Of a stretch of DNA of 64,000 nt, positions 55,526-64,000 are shown piece by piece. Source of the stretch: a virus; the IMG/VR virus record IMGVR_UViG_3300021475_000001, positions 1-64,000 of that record; one strand, written 5' to 3'. Below the pieces are notes generated by a model that did not search any database, was not told where the DNA came from, and saw only the letters and a list, made by a program, of their open reading frames with translations. The first letter of the stretch is position 1. Each line of letters starts with the position of its first letter. The translations under genes and the position numbers were made by a program.

Positions 55526-56560
55526 TTATCGGTGAAAAAGCCGGCTAATAACGTTTCTAGCTGACTTTACCGGTGAACCCCATCGTTGTCTTACTTCACC
55601 GGGTGTTTTCATCTTCGGCGCGTTTTGTCCGATTAACTTAACGATTTCACCATGTAGTGGTTCTAACCTATTGTTTATCGACAAGAGAAAGATTGCTAAC
55701 GCGCCAAAACCATACGCCTCACCTAATACTTCGGTCCAATACTTACGACGGTGTGCGGTAAAAGCGTGTTCTACCCATCTCTTTGCGCGTATATTAAAAA
55801 CAGTCGTATCTATAAATAAAGCACCGTTACTCAACCGGCGATATTTGAGTGACACTAACTCACTGTCTCTAAACATGGTCATATTTCTAAATTCATCCAT
55901 TATGCCTGCTTCTAGCGCACGGTGTAGTGATCTCCGCAATTTTGGGTCTGATTGAAACGTCGGTAAACGTTCATTCAATGCATTAAAAAATAGCTTTCGT
56001 AATTCGGACAAAGAGGTAAACCCTTTATCTGCCAAATTCACAACAGGAGGAGGTTGCGGCGACGATTTTATTGGTATCGTTTCTGGTATCGGTTCTGGTT
56101 CGGGTATCGGTTCTGGTTTAAGTGTAAACGTCACTGGTTCCAATGTCATTGGCCGTGACATGGTGTAAGTGACGCTAAACACCGATGTGATTTGCTCGGT
56201 TTCACACGCTAGACAGACGGTGTGTCGCGCAGTACTCCACGTACTGCGGATCACCGGACCCCCACAATCAGGGCAAGACTTCCCATTGATATAAGCCAAC
56301 CGGATACTATCGTTCCAATCTAGTCTATGTCTGGTGTGAGATTTACGTTCTATACCAATACGTGACAGATCGTAGCGAAAGTAGCGCCACCTCGCTTCAC
56401 TTCCAGATGGGATCGGTTTACCCTTATTACGTGGTTGGGCGAGATACCACCTAGTTGCTTTGTGAAGCGGAATATCCTCTTCAATCTCTTCAAACAGAAC
56501 ACCTACCGTAAACCAGTCACGGCTACGCAGCTTCTGGTAGACAAGTGTTTGCCAACTCAA
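55526..56560 (-). CDS. Hypothetical protein with zinc ribbon and Pro-rich linker
   Basis: 'CPDCG...CLAC','PEPIPEPEPIP'; coupled to the ParB-like gene. Confidence 0.55.
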   Translation of the reverse strand: MSWQTLVYQKLRSRDWFTVGVLFEEIEEDIPLHKATRWYLAQPRNKGKPIPSGSEARWRYFRYDLSRIGIERKSHTRHRLDWNDSIRLAYINGKSCPDCGGPVIRSTWSTARHTVCLACETEQITSVFSVTYTMSRPMTLEPVTFTLKPEPIPEPEPIPETIPIKSSPQPPPVVNLADKGFTSLSELRKLFFNALNERLPTFQSDPKLRRSLHRALEAGIMDEFRNMTMFRDSELVSLKYRRLSNGALFIDTTVFNIRAKRWVEHAFTAHRRKYWTEVLGEAYGFGALAIFLLSINNRLEPLHGEIVKLIGQNAPKMKTPGEVRQRWGSPVKSARNVISRLFHR

Positions 56561-57564
56561 TGAACCAGCCTCGGCTGTTCGGGTGTTGCACTATTGATGC
56601 GATTGATACGTTCTACTTCGGCACGAAGCGACTTGGTTTTCTCCGACAGTTCTTCCAGTAGCACCAAGAACATGTCGAGACGCGGTAGCGCCGCCAGATG
56701 AAGATGATCCATACCTTCGTCAATCAGGTTCACCACATTCTTTACATAGCCCCGCAATCGTACTGCCTTTGTTGGCTGTGCCCGTCCGTGCTTGGCTTGT
56801 TGCTTCATCCGTGAGTCGGTCGTGGCCTGAACGTAATCATCAATAACGTGAATTGACGATGCTTCGTCACGGGTCTTTTTGATGTCACGTGCCAGTTGTT
56901 CAATTTCTTGGTTGGTGGAACCGTAGTTTAGTGCGGTCTTTATCGCCTTCTCGTAGACCACCTCCGAATGGACACCAGCTAAAGCAACCAGAGCCTTGCG
57001 ACCGATTTTGTGACGGTTGCTGTCGTAACCGTACTTACGCGCGCGCCGGATCGCTTGCTCTTCGGTCCAGAAACTACTCAGGGCTGCGAGCTTGACATTC
57101 CAGCCACGGGCTAACTCAGCCAACGGCTTTTTGTAGCGGATGTGCATCTCACAAATCTGGGTTAAGGTGTCACGGTGTGAAGGGGCGGTACCTTCAATGG
57201 TGTTCGCCATTCGACACAAGGTTTCGCGTCGGTAGTTGTCTGCTTCAGTGACCACGTAGGCGTCAAAGACCTTTTTATTGGCCGTGTTTGCTGCCTCAAT
57301 CCGGTGACAGCCAGTGGCAATCTCGTATTTGAATGGCCTCTTTTCCGCAGGGTCGATTGTCAGTAAGATGATGGCGGGGAATTCAATCCCATCTTCCATC
57401 TTTATCGCGTAGTCGAGATATTTTTCATCGTTGAGTTTCTGTTCCAGCCGTGACGGGTTCTCCATCGATGCCTTAAGATCGATGTCCTTAATTTGAATGA
57501 CCTTGACGTAGGTGTACTTCCAACCACCTCTCGTCAGAAAGGCTTCAGTCTTCGGGTCTAACAT
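56557..57564 (-). CDS. ParB/Srx-like N-terminal domain protein
   Basis: 'Y...M.DG.EFPAII','EIATGCHRIEAA','AN..EG'; followed by an HTH-like segment. Confidence 0.65.
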   Translation of the reverse strand: MLDPKTEAFLTRGGWKYTYVKVIQIKDIDLKASMENPSRLEQKLNDEKYLDYAIKMEDGIEFPAIILLTIDPAEKRPFKYEIATGCHRIEAANTANKKVFDAYVVTEADNYRRETLCRMANTIEGTAPSHRDTLTQICEMHIRYKKPLAELARGWNVKLAALSSFWTEEQAIRRARKYGYDSNRHKIGRKALVALAGVHSEVVYEKAIKTALNYGSTNQEIEQLARDIKKTRDEASSIHVIDDYVQATTDSRMKQQAKHGRAQPTKAVRLRGYVKNVVNLIDEGMDHLHLAALPRLDMFLVLLEELSEKTKSLRAEVERINRINSATPEQPRLVH

Positions 57565-57748
57565 GAGTTTCCTCCACTAGTGAACAGTATTTGTCCAGCA
57601 ATTCAATCAGACACTCGGCGCAGTACTTGCGATTGACGTTGTTTACCCGCATTAGAAGACCAGATTCTTGTGGTCCATGTCTATTACAACAGTAAGAGCC
57701 GGAAGTGCTTGGCTTAGACTCCCACATGCCAAAATCAAATTCGGTCAT
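57545..57748 (-). CDS. Small Cys-rich protein
   Basis: 'C..HG...KYCAEC'. Confidence 0.5.
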   Translation of the reverse strand: MTEFDFGMWESKPSTSGSYCCNRHGPQESGLLMRVNNVNRKYCAECLIELLDKYCSLVEETHVRPED

Positions 57749-57905
57749 TTACATCTCCGTAAAGCGCGGGCGATCTTCTTCGCGTGTCGCTTGTCCAGAC
57801 AGAGTGCCTGAACCTTACCCCGTCGAGATATCACTTGCCACGTCTTTTGCATCCCGTTGGTTGGTTCGTAAACAGAACGTGGAAGGAAGACTTTAAAAAC
57901 GGCTT

Positions 57906-58586
57906 TCATCGTATCACTTCCAATTCCCACTGTTCGATCACTGGTAGTAGCGCCGCCCAAGGATTGGCTCGGCGCTTGGCTTCAATCTCTTCCCTGGTGT
58001 CAAATTCACCAGCAAACAATTTGCGGGTCAGTTCACGATACTGGTTGCCCATAATCTCCTGATTCATTATACAGATTGTGGGGTCCCAGATAAGTGACAA
58101 CAGAGCGTTTAACTTATGGGGCCAGTGTACGACACGGGTGATTGCCGAAACCGGAATGACACCACGATGCGAACAGGTACCAAGATACCGTAGTGAAGCT
58201 TCCCACCAAGTGATTAGATCCTTCTGGATTGTTCCAGGGATATAATTGTAGCTGAACTGTTTCTTCCGATAGTGAAGAGTGCGTTGCTTCATGTTACCAT
58301 CTATACCGTCACTGCCTCTGTTAGCCTGTTCCAGAAAGTCTTCATCGGGAAACAGGTTGTCATCGTCTAGCAGGTCGGTGTCAACTTCGATTACAGCGCA
58401 GCGTGCGTCTCCCTGCACAGCATTGAACGCAAAGTAGGGTGCGTAGCTGTCGGTCAGATAGACGCATTTGGGGTTGCTGTTAACTGTGTGCTTCCAGTTA
58501 TTTGTGCCCTTTGCACCGCGTGGCTTTATGCCATTTGTGAGTATGTCACTCAGAAATGCGCCACTGGTGCCGTGATAGAGTTTCAT
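57906..58586 (-). CDS. ADP-ribosyltransferase-fold protein (HGT motif)
   Basis: 'MKLYHGTS....IL..GIKP','VYLT...A.YFA','VIEVD','IP.SAI'. Confidence 0.6.
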   Translation of the reverse strand: MKLYHGTSGAFLSDILTNGIKPRGAKGTNNWKHTVNSNPKCVYLTDSYAPYFAFNAVQGDARCAVIEVDTDLLDDDNLFPDEDFLEQANRGSDGIDGNMKQRTLHYRKKQFSYNYIPGTIQKDLITWWEASLRYLGTCSHRGVIPVSAITRVVHWPHKLNALLSLIWDPTICIMNQEIMGNQYRELTRKLFAGEFDTREEIEAKRRANPWAALLPVIEQWELEVIR

Positions 58587-58808
58587 TACTTCTCAAACCC
58601 GTAACCATTGAGGTGAGATATGGCATTATCCAGGTAAAATTCGACACCTTCTGCACTTGCACCGACGAGGTGATCAAGCAACCGACGCATGTCACGCATG
58701 TCAGACCACTCCCGTTGTTCGCTTGGGAGTTGGTTAATGGCAACGATGGCGTAGGCAAGAGCCTTTCGCATAATGACGCTATCGCGTCCGGTAATGTTGT
58801 TAGTCATT
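58586..58808 (-). CDS. Hypothetical protein
   Basis: Operon packing; start approximate. Confidence 0.45.
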
Positions 58809-58995
58809 ATACTATTCCCTTCTCTAAATCGATCTTGCGCCATTCGTCGCGCACTACCGGATGAAATACCGAAAAGTTCTCCGGTACTTCTGGTGTCCAG
58901 TTGTCACGTGCGTGCTGTCTAAACTGCGCTTCTTCTGTGGTTGTCAGTTTGCGAAACAGTCTATCGGGCATAGCGCCTTCATACTTGTTGGTCAT
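58807..58995 (-). CDS. Hypothetical protein
   Basis: RBS AAGGAG; 'LFRKLT..EE..FRQ.ARDN','HPVVR.EW'. Confidence 0.55.
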   Translation of the reverse strand: MTNKYEGAMPDRLFRKLTTTEEAQFRQHARDNWTPEVPENFSVFHPVVRDEWRKIDLEKGIV

Positions 58996-59233
58996 CTAAC
59001 TTCTCCTTGATCGGTTTTGCGTGGCGAATTAATCTTTTAATAACACCCTTGGCTTGCTTTTCGGCTCGATAGTCACTGGGTGACGCACTACAGATCATAC
59101 TAAATGGATGATCTTGATGTCTGAACTTGCAGCGCATGTGCGTACCACCTGTGACACTAAAGGCGATGTGGGTCGCCCCTATCGAATCCAAATATCGTCT
59201 AAGCCGTCGATGAAAGTCTTTCTCAACTCGCAT
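58979..59233 (-). CDS. HicA-like small basic protein
   Basis: 'TGGTH....','SASPSDYRA......I.R'. Confidence 0.55.
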   Translation of the reverse strand: MRVEKDFHRRLRRYLDSIGATHIAFSVTGGTHMRCKFRHQDHPFSMICSASPSDYRAEKQAKGVIKRLIRHAKPIKEKLDDQQV

Positions 59234-59294
59234 CTGGACTACTCCAACCTTGGAGTACCCAGACTATCATAAATGACTGATAGTGTCAATAGCC

Positions 59295-59768
59295 TTATGC
59301 GTGGCGTCTAACCAGAAAATGCATTGTGCCTGATTCCAAGTAACTTGGAAATGCATTGTCGAGTGCTTCTGGAATTCTTGCGACGTATAACAACATACTG
59401 TGAAGTCCAACTTCACTAAATTTGGTGATGTAGTCTGCGAGTGCGCGCGCAGCAATGACACCAAGCGAGCGTTGCTCGGTAAGTGTCATATTGGGAATGG
59501 CATCGGACAGAAGCTCGCGCACGCGGTCAGCTTGTGTCTCATAGTCGGCAAACGACTTGTTGTTTCTGATACGGAAGTTTGGGGGAATCATGTGACCCAT
59601 GCCGCGCTCGCGCAGTACGGTTAGAATTCCATCCAGTAGCCAATCAGCGTTTGTGGTACTGTTGTTGGAACCAATGAAAAACAACAGACGACGGCGTAGG
59701 TCCGTCATCTGTTGCTTTGTCATCGATGGTATCTTGGCAACGATACCGTCGAATTCGGATTGGTTCAT
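59295..59768 (-). CDS. Hypothetical protein
   Basis: Abuts the upstream stop; 'ALDNAFPSY..SG'. Confidence 0.55.
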   Translation of the reverse strand: MNQSEFDGIVAKIPSMTKQQMTDLRRRLLFFIGSNNSTTNADWLLDGILTVLRERGMGHMIPPNFRIRNNKSFADYETQADRVRELLSDAIPNMTLTEQRSLGVIAARALADYITKFSEVGLHSMLLYVARIPEALDNAFPSYLESGTMHFLVRRHA

Positions 59769-60470
59769 TTAGAATGGTGGTGGAGGACCGTTGTTTGCGG
59801 CAGCTTGTGCATACGGGTGCGTCTTGTGGTAGTAATACGCTTTTAGGAGCACCAACATGAACTTTGCTTGCTGTTCGGATAGATCGCTGATTTTGCCAAA
59901 GTCACTTCGATGGGAGAGAACCCAGTCCTTGGCTTTCCACTGATCCGCCTGCATGTGTATGTTGTTGGGGCGACGGTCGATGTAGTCCCAATCGGACTCG
60001 TATATCTCCATGATATAAGGTCCGTGAGGACAGATATCTGCCTCTATCGATTGATAGATTTCCCAGGTAAGTGACGCTGGCGGTGGGGGTGGTGGAGGTG
60101 AGAACGGGTTTGGTTCCGTTTCGTAAAATTCTGCTTCTGACTCAAACCCATTGGGATTGTACTTCTGATACTCCACTTCCAGACGGTTCAGAACTTCTAG
60201 CGCGATATGACCAAGTGTCTCACGATATTTCTGAAGGCGATTTTGCAGTTCCAGATGACAACGATACACTTCCTGCATCGTGTTCGACTTATCGAGGGTG
60301 GCTGTCAGTTGTGAGTTGGTGTAGGCTTCCAATCCAGTGTTGTTCTTCGTGGTACGGCTGGTCATTGGCTTAGTCCTTTCGGCTTTGGCTTCGGAGGCTT
60401 TAGTAGATTGGACAAACCCGGCTTGGCGTAGTCTTTCCTTTATTTGGTCAATTTGGCTGGTTGGCTTCAT
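59769..60470 (-). CDS. Hypothetical protein
   Basis: 233 aa with poly-Pro linker; first gene downstream of the palindrome at 60486-60506. Confidence 0.55.
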   Translation of the reverse strand: MKPTSQIDQIKERLRQAGFVQSTKASEAKAERTKPMTSRTTKNNTGLEAYTNSQLTATLDKSNTMQEVYRCHLELQNRLQKYRETLGHIALEVLNRLEVEYQKYNPNGFESEAEFYETEPNPFSPPPPPPPASLTWEIYQSIEADICPHGPYIMEIYESDWDYIDRRPNNIHMQADQWKAKDWVLSHRSDFGKISDLSEQQAKFMLVLLKAYYYHKTHPYAQAAANNGPPPPF

Positions 60471-60485
60471 CGGCTTTACTCACAG

Positions 60486-60570
60486 TTGTCAGTGAGTCAC
60501 TGACAATCGCGCGCTTGACTTTGACTTGTCAATAGGTCTGAAAGACGGGGTATAATAATGTCATTGACAT
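60486..60570. promoter_or_regulatory. Divergent control region with operator-like palindromes
   Basis: TTGTCAGTGAGTCACTGACAA (60486-60506), TATAAT (60551-60556), ATGTCATTGACAT (60558-60570). Confidence 0.65.
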
Positions 60571-60625
60571 GATTATATCAGCGAGATATGATGCGTTTCT
60601 TGAACCTCTTATAACGGATTAAAAA

Positions 60626-60961
60626 ATGACTGATGATCTTAACCAAGTTGACATTTTGCATATTGCCGTCAAAAAACATATGCAGGATCGTTGGAGGATT
60701 CTTCTCCAAACAATCTCTTCCAGTGACGAAGAATTTGGTAAATATTTTAAAGTGCCAATTGAAGCCATTGTAGCGCAACTGTTCGGTTTTACACTTGATA
60801 TACTGAAATTACCACGTGCCAATGCCCATCGTTATATCGATTTCATAAAGAACATGCAGGAAGACAATTTTATGACCAAAGACGCGGATGAATTTCGAGC
60901 GATGATCATAAAATTAGTTGGTGAAGAACACGCCAAGGTGAAAGAGCCATATAATAGTTAA
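60626..60961 (+). CDS. Lone opposite-strand AT-rich hypothetical protein
   Basis: Downstream of TATAAT; stop overlaps the convergent gene's stop. Confidence 0.5.
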   Translation: MTDDLNQVDILHIAVKKHMQDRWRILLQTISSSDEEFGKYFKVPIEAIVAQLFGFTLDILKLPRANAHRYIDFIKNMQEDNFMTKDADEFRAMIIKLVGEEHAKVKEPYNS

Positions 60962-61542
60962 CTGGCTCTAACCCTAGGTTCATCATCGTCGTCATTTTGT
61001 GGTACTGGCACTAACGCAAATCCATCGGCTAATGGTTGTATACTGACAATCGGCATGGTGACAATATGCGGTTGTGACTCATAAGGCGGTCTAGGCAGGG
61101 GTAACGTGTCATCCTGCCACCATTGTTTTAACAGTGTGTAATATCCATCGGGACCATACCAAGTGTCGGTCGCTACGGTAGTTTTAGCGACCGGCACGGT
61201 ATTAGTGTTGATAGCAAAGCCTGGCGGTTCATCCAACGGGCAATAAGGCGGCAGATAAGTCAGTGGTTCAGTGTTATCTGGTAGTAGTGCGCGTCTGTAA
61301 GCGATGATCAGCTCAAGCTGGACATGACTTAACACTAGCGCATTTGCTGCGCGTCGATTGTCGATAAAGCGATTGATGATATCGCAGATCACCTCGCGAT
61401 CCCATGTTTCTAGATCAGTAAATGTTGCCGCAAATATTAACTCATTTTTGGCATGATCCAATGCTTCTTCAATTTTCCTTTTTAGAAGAGAAAAAGTTTT
61501 ATCAATGTGTTTTCTTGTGTCCTGTCGCGTGCTATGTGACAC
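60958..61542 (-). CDS. Hypothetical protein
   Basis: GTG start with AAGGGA upstream. Confidence 0.5.
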   Translation of the reverse strand: MSHSTRQDTRKHIDKTFSLLKRKIEEALDHAKNELIFAATFTDLETWDREVICDIINRFIDNRRAANALVLSHVQLELIIAYRRALLPDNTEPLTYLPPYCPLDEPPGFAINTNTVPVAKTTVATDTWYGPDGYYTLLKQWWQDDTLPLPRPPYESQPHIVTMPIVSIQPLADGFALVPVPQNDDDDEPRVRAS

Positions 61543-61570
61543 GCTGTTGATCCCTTTTCCGAGGGTTGAT

Positions 61571-61610
61571 GAAGAAATCGCCCCTGACCGCTGATCCCGG
61601 TCAGGGGCGA
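61571..61610 (-). terminator. Intrinsic terminator after the ParB-like operon
   Basis: 13-bp stem TCGCCCCTGACCG/CGGTCAGGGGCGA followed by TTTCTT on the minus strand. Confidence 0.7.
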
Positions 61611-61630
61611 AGTTTTGTGTGTGTTACGTG

Positions 61631-62209
61631 TTATTCAGCCGCATCATCGATGGCGTCTGGCAACAGGGCACGTGGACGTGGACCCTGTTTGTCATCAATC
61701 TTTTTCATCACTGCCAGACCAACAGGCTTGGAGATGGCATTTTGCTCGATTGCCAGTTCCGCCTTACGCATGACATTTTTTAGTGTTGATGCTGCCCGCT
61801 CCCCAATCGATTGGAGATAAACCGGAAGAAACAGGTCGTGATCATCGTTCTTGATTACGCGCAGTCCCGCTGTTTTGTGATACGCGCGTGGGATAGAACA
61901 GGAAACCTCTTCCTCGGTTGGCAGTTCATCGCGTCCGCGCTGACCAGTATCATAATACGTTGCTGTCACTGGCAGTGACACGATGTTGTAGTTAGCCTGT
62001 AAGGCTTCACGGATTTTGTTACACCGCGAATAAACCCCTTGATACACTTCGCGACCCAGTTCGTCCGTAGGGAGCCATGGATCGATAGTGGGTAGTGGGC
62101 GGTTTAGTGCAGAGTGAGCAATTTCGACCAGTGTCGGATCACGATTGCCTTGTTCGATGAGACGGTAAGCCCCGCTCACCAATAAGCGCCCGTAACTGTC
62201 AAGTAACAT
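61631..62209 (-). CDS. Hypothetical protein co-transcribed with the ParB-like gene
   Basis: RBS AAGGAAAG. Confidence 0.55.
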   Translation of the reverse strand: MLLDSYGRLLVSGAYRLIEQGNRDPTLVEIAHSALNRPLPTIDPWLPTDELGREVYQGVYSRCNKIREALQANYNIVSLPVTATYYDTGQRGRDELPTEEEVSCSIPRAYHKTAGLRVIKNDDHDLFLPVYLQSIGERAASTLKNVMRKAELAIEQNAISKPVGLAVMKKIDDKQGPRPRALLPDAIDDAAE

Positions 62210-62231
62210 AGACTTTCCTTTCCCTGGTTAT

Positions 62232-63770
62232 TCACGCGTCCACGTGAATGTCGTTGCCATTTTCGATTGCCGGTTGGTCAATCGTTGTCGGCTCAGTAAA
62301 ACCGTCGAGAATGCGGAGTGCGCGACGAAGATTTGCTTTAGCCACCTGGTGATTGACACTCATAACGAGTTCAATACCAGACGGACGCTCACGGCTTAGT
62401 GTCTGTAGTTTGTCCGCTGTGACTTGTGCAGCGGAGGCAAACCGCGCGATATCGCGTTCGGCACGATGCCAACGACTTGACCAGTTCTCGCGTTCCAGTT
62501 CTTCAGCAATACGGCGTCTTTCGGCCTCGTCGGCGATATGTGACAACATACGTGGTCCAGCTACCATCTCACGTAATGTGTCAGTAATCCAGTCGGACGT
62601 AAGCTCGCGCTGTTTCTTGCCGCCGACTATCGTCTGATCTTTAAAGCGTTGGACAATGGCACGGGCAATACCGGCTTGTGCAGTAACCGGCAGTACTGCT
62701 TTAATCGCGTTGCTGGTCACCAACTCACGAAACGTTTCGAGATGTGAGGGTACGATAAAAACCCGACCACATCCGGTCATGTCAAAAGCCGGTGGCTTTT
62801 CCTTTTCCCGTGCTACTACACGTTCCTTACGTTCCGCAGCGTTGGTCTGATTAGCTTCGACTTTTGGTTTTGCCGCGCGAGCGACTTCCGCCGCACGTTT
62901 GGTAGTCTCCGCTGCAACACGTCGTTGTTCAGCTTGGTGTGCAGCTTCCTGGCGTCTTGTCTCAGCTTCCTCGGCATGCAGACGTGCCGAGGCTTCACGT
63001 GCGGCAGCTTCACGGCGTTGTTTCTCTTCTTGTGCAGCCTGTTTGGCACGTTTGGCAGCTTTAACTTCTTCACGGTGACGTTGAGCTTCCACCGCGCGTT
63101 TTTGTGCCTGTTCTTCAGCGGCGATACGGTGTTCTTCTGCTTCCTTGGCAGCAGCCTCGGCAGCGGCAATACGCTTAAGCTCAACTTCCTGTTCAGCTTC
63201 GTATCGTGCGATTTCCTCGCGTTCGATACGGTCATAGTCACCACTACTCTTTAGATGGGCGATCTGCGCACGAACAACGTGTTCACCGATTCCGCGCACA
63301 TCGTGGAGTTTTTCATAGATGGTTTTTGTACCGATACCGTCCCGACGTTGACCCCCGAGATTCGCACGCGCGATTTCGCGTGTGCGAAGTTCTTCACGCA
63401 AGCAACGTCGTAACGCGGCAGCAACGGAACCGGCGGTTGATAGTGAAGTTGCGCCACGCTGGGTGGCGTTTTCTACTGCATAGGCGTGAATCACTTGGTC
63501 ATCATCAAAGTCACCGACAAACAAGTCAGCTTCAGTGATGCCGTGTTGAAGCGCCCCCTGACGGCGATGTTCACCCGCAACCATTTGATACTTCGGTAGC
63601 TTGGAACCAGAACGCCAATCGGGGTTGAGGCGAACGATGCATCCACCCCAGAACTTGTGTGACTTAATGGATTTCACCAACTCCGCGACATTGTTCTCGT
63701 CAATCGGATCGACAGCAAAGTCACGGTAAGGATTTCTGGCTAGATTAGCCTCGTCTATTTTAATCAGCAT
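62232..63770 (-). CDS. ParB-like N-terminal domain protein with long Ala/Glu/Arg coiled coil
   Basis: 'NPYR...IDE..V.EL.KSIK..','YQMVAGEHR..A','AVENATQR'; RBS GAGG. Confidence 0.75.
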   Translation of the reverse strand: MLIKIDEANLARNPYRDFAVDPIDENNVAELVKSIKSHKFWGGCIVRLNPDWRSGSKLPKYQMVAGEHRRQGALQHGITEADLFVGDFDDDQVIHAYAVENATQRGATSLSTAGSVAAALRRCLREELRTREIARANLGGQRRDGIGTKTIYEKLHDVRGIGEHVVRAQIAHLKSSGDYDRIEREEIARYEAEQEVELKRIAAAEAAAKEAEEHRIAAEEQAQKRAVEAQRHREEVKAAKRAKQAAQEEKQRREAAAREASARLHAEEAETRRQEAAHQAEQRRVAAETTKRAAEVARAAKPKVEANQTNAAERKERVVAREKEKPPAFDMTGCGRVFIVPSHLETFRELVTSNAIKAVLPVTAQAGIARAIVQRFKDQTIVGGKKQRELTSDWITDTLREMVAGPRMLSHIADEAERRRIAEELERENWSSRWHRAERDIARFASAAQVTADKLQTLSRERPSGIELVMSVNHQVAKANLRRALRILDGFTEPTTIDQPAIENGNDIHVDA

Positions 63771-63834
63771 CTGTCATCAAGACCTCTTAAGAGAGGGGCC
63801 GCCTCCCCCCGAGGGGAGGGCACCCGACTGTTGT

Positions 63835-63980
63835 GTCATAGCAGAGAAAAAGATGCTGTCAACAGCTAAGTCGATGTCAGTGACATTCCAAATTTTTCAG
63901 AGTGTGACACTCAATCATAATACCAAATAGCTGTCAGTGACATTTGGAACCTTGACTGCCTGGCTGGGCTGTGCTATGAT
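63835..63980. promoter_or_regulatory. Divergent promoters with two TGTCAGTGACA palindromes
   Basis: Minus: TTGACA (63862-63857)-16-TATGAC. Plus: TTGACT-17-TATGAT (63952-63980). Palindromes at 63874-63886 and 63932-63942. Confidence 0.65.
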
Positions 63981-64000
63981 TATCATAGCAAGATCAACTA

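Noticed and set aside
57914-57930. Second candidate target for guide unit 3 (TCACTTCCAATTCCCAC)
   Set aside because: Two internal mismatches in spacer A; not clearly above chance.

Overview
A 64-kb segment of a tailed dsDNA phage with a contractile (myovirus-type) tail. The host is probably an alphaproteobacterium, possibly Rhodospirillales/Acetobacteraceae-like (inference from the PEP-CTERM proteins, promoter style and tRNA-His). Positions 1-19.4 kb (+) hold the end of the tape measure gene, a baseplate module, a Gp138-type spike fused to a fibre, and three more tail fibres ending in S74 chaperone domains. Positions 19.4-41.5 kb and 45.6-63.8 kb (mostly -) hold replication and recombination genes: SbcC/SbcD, resolvase, RecA, SSB, UvsY-like, DnaX-like loader, UDG-fused family A polymerase, beta clamp, sigma factor, primase, SNF2 helicase, DnaB, NrdJ and a DNA methylase. 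They also hold two ParB-like genes, a tRNA-His, two PEP-CTERM proteins and many small early genes whose promoters share a GTCA-N-TGAC palindrome. The main finding is at 44098-45320: a nuclease-less IS110/Nop-like protein followed by a 30-aa membrane peptide and a three-unit, ~36-nt-period array of two alternating 10-nt repeats with 8-9-nt spacers, closed by a terminator. This is the architecture of a TIGR-Tas (TasA-type) RNA-guided DNA-binding system. One spacer pair gives a 15-nt match inside the phage's own sbcC-like gene. All family calls come from motif recognition by eye; no searches were run.
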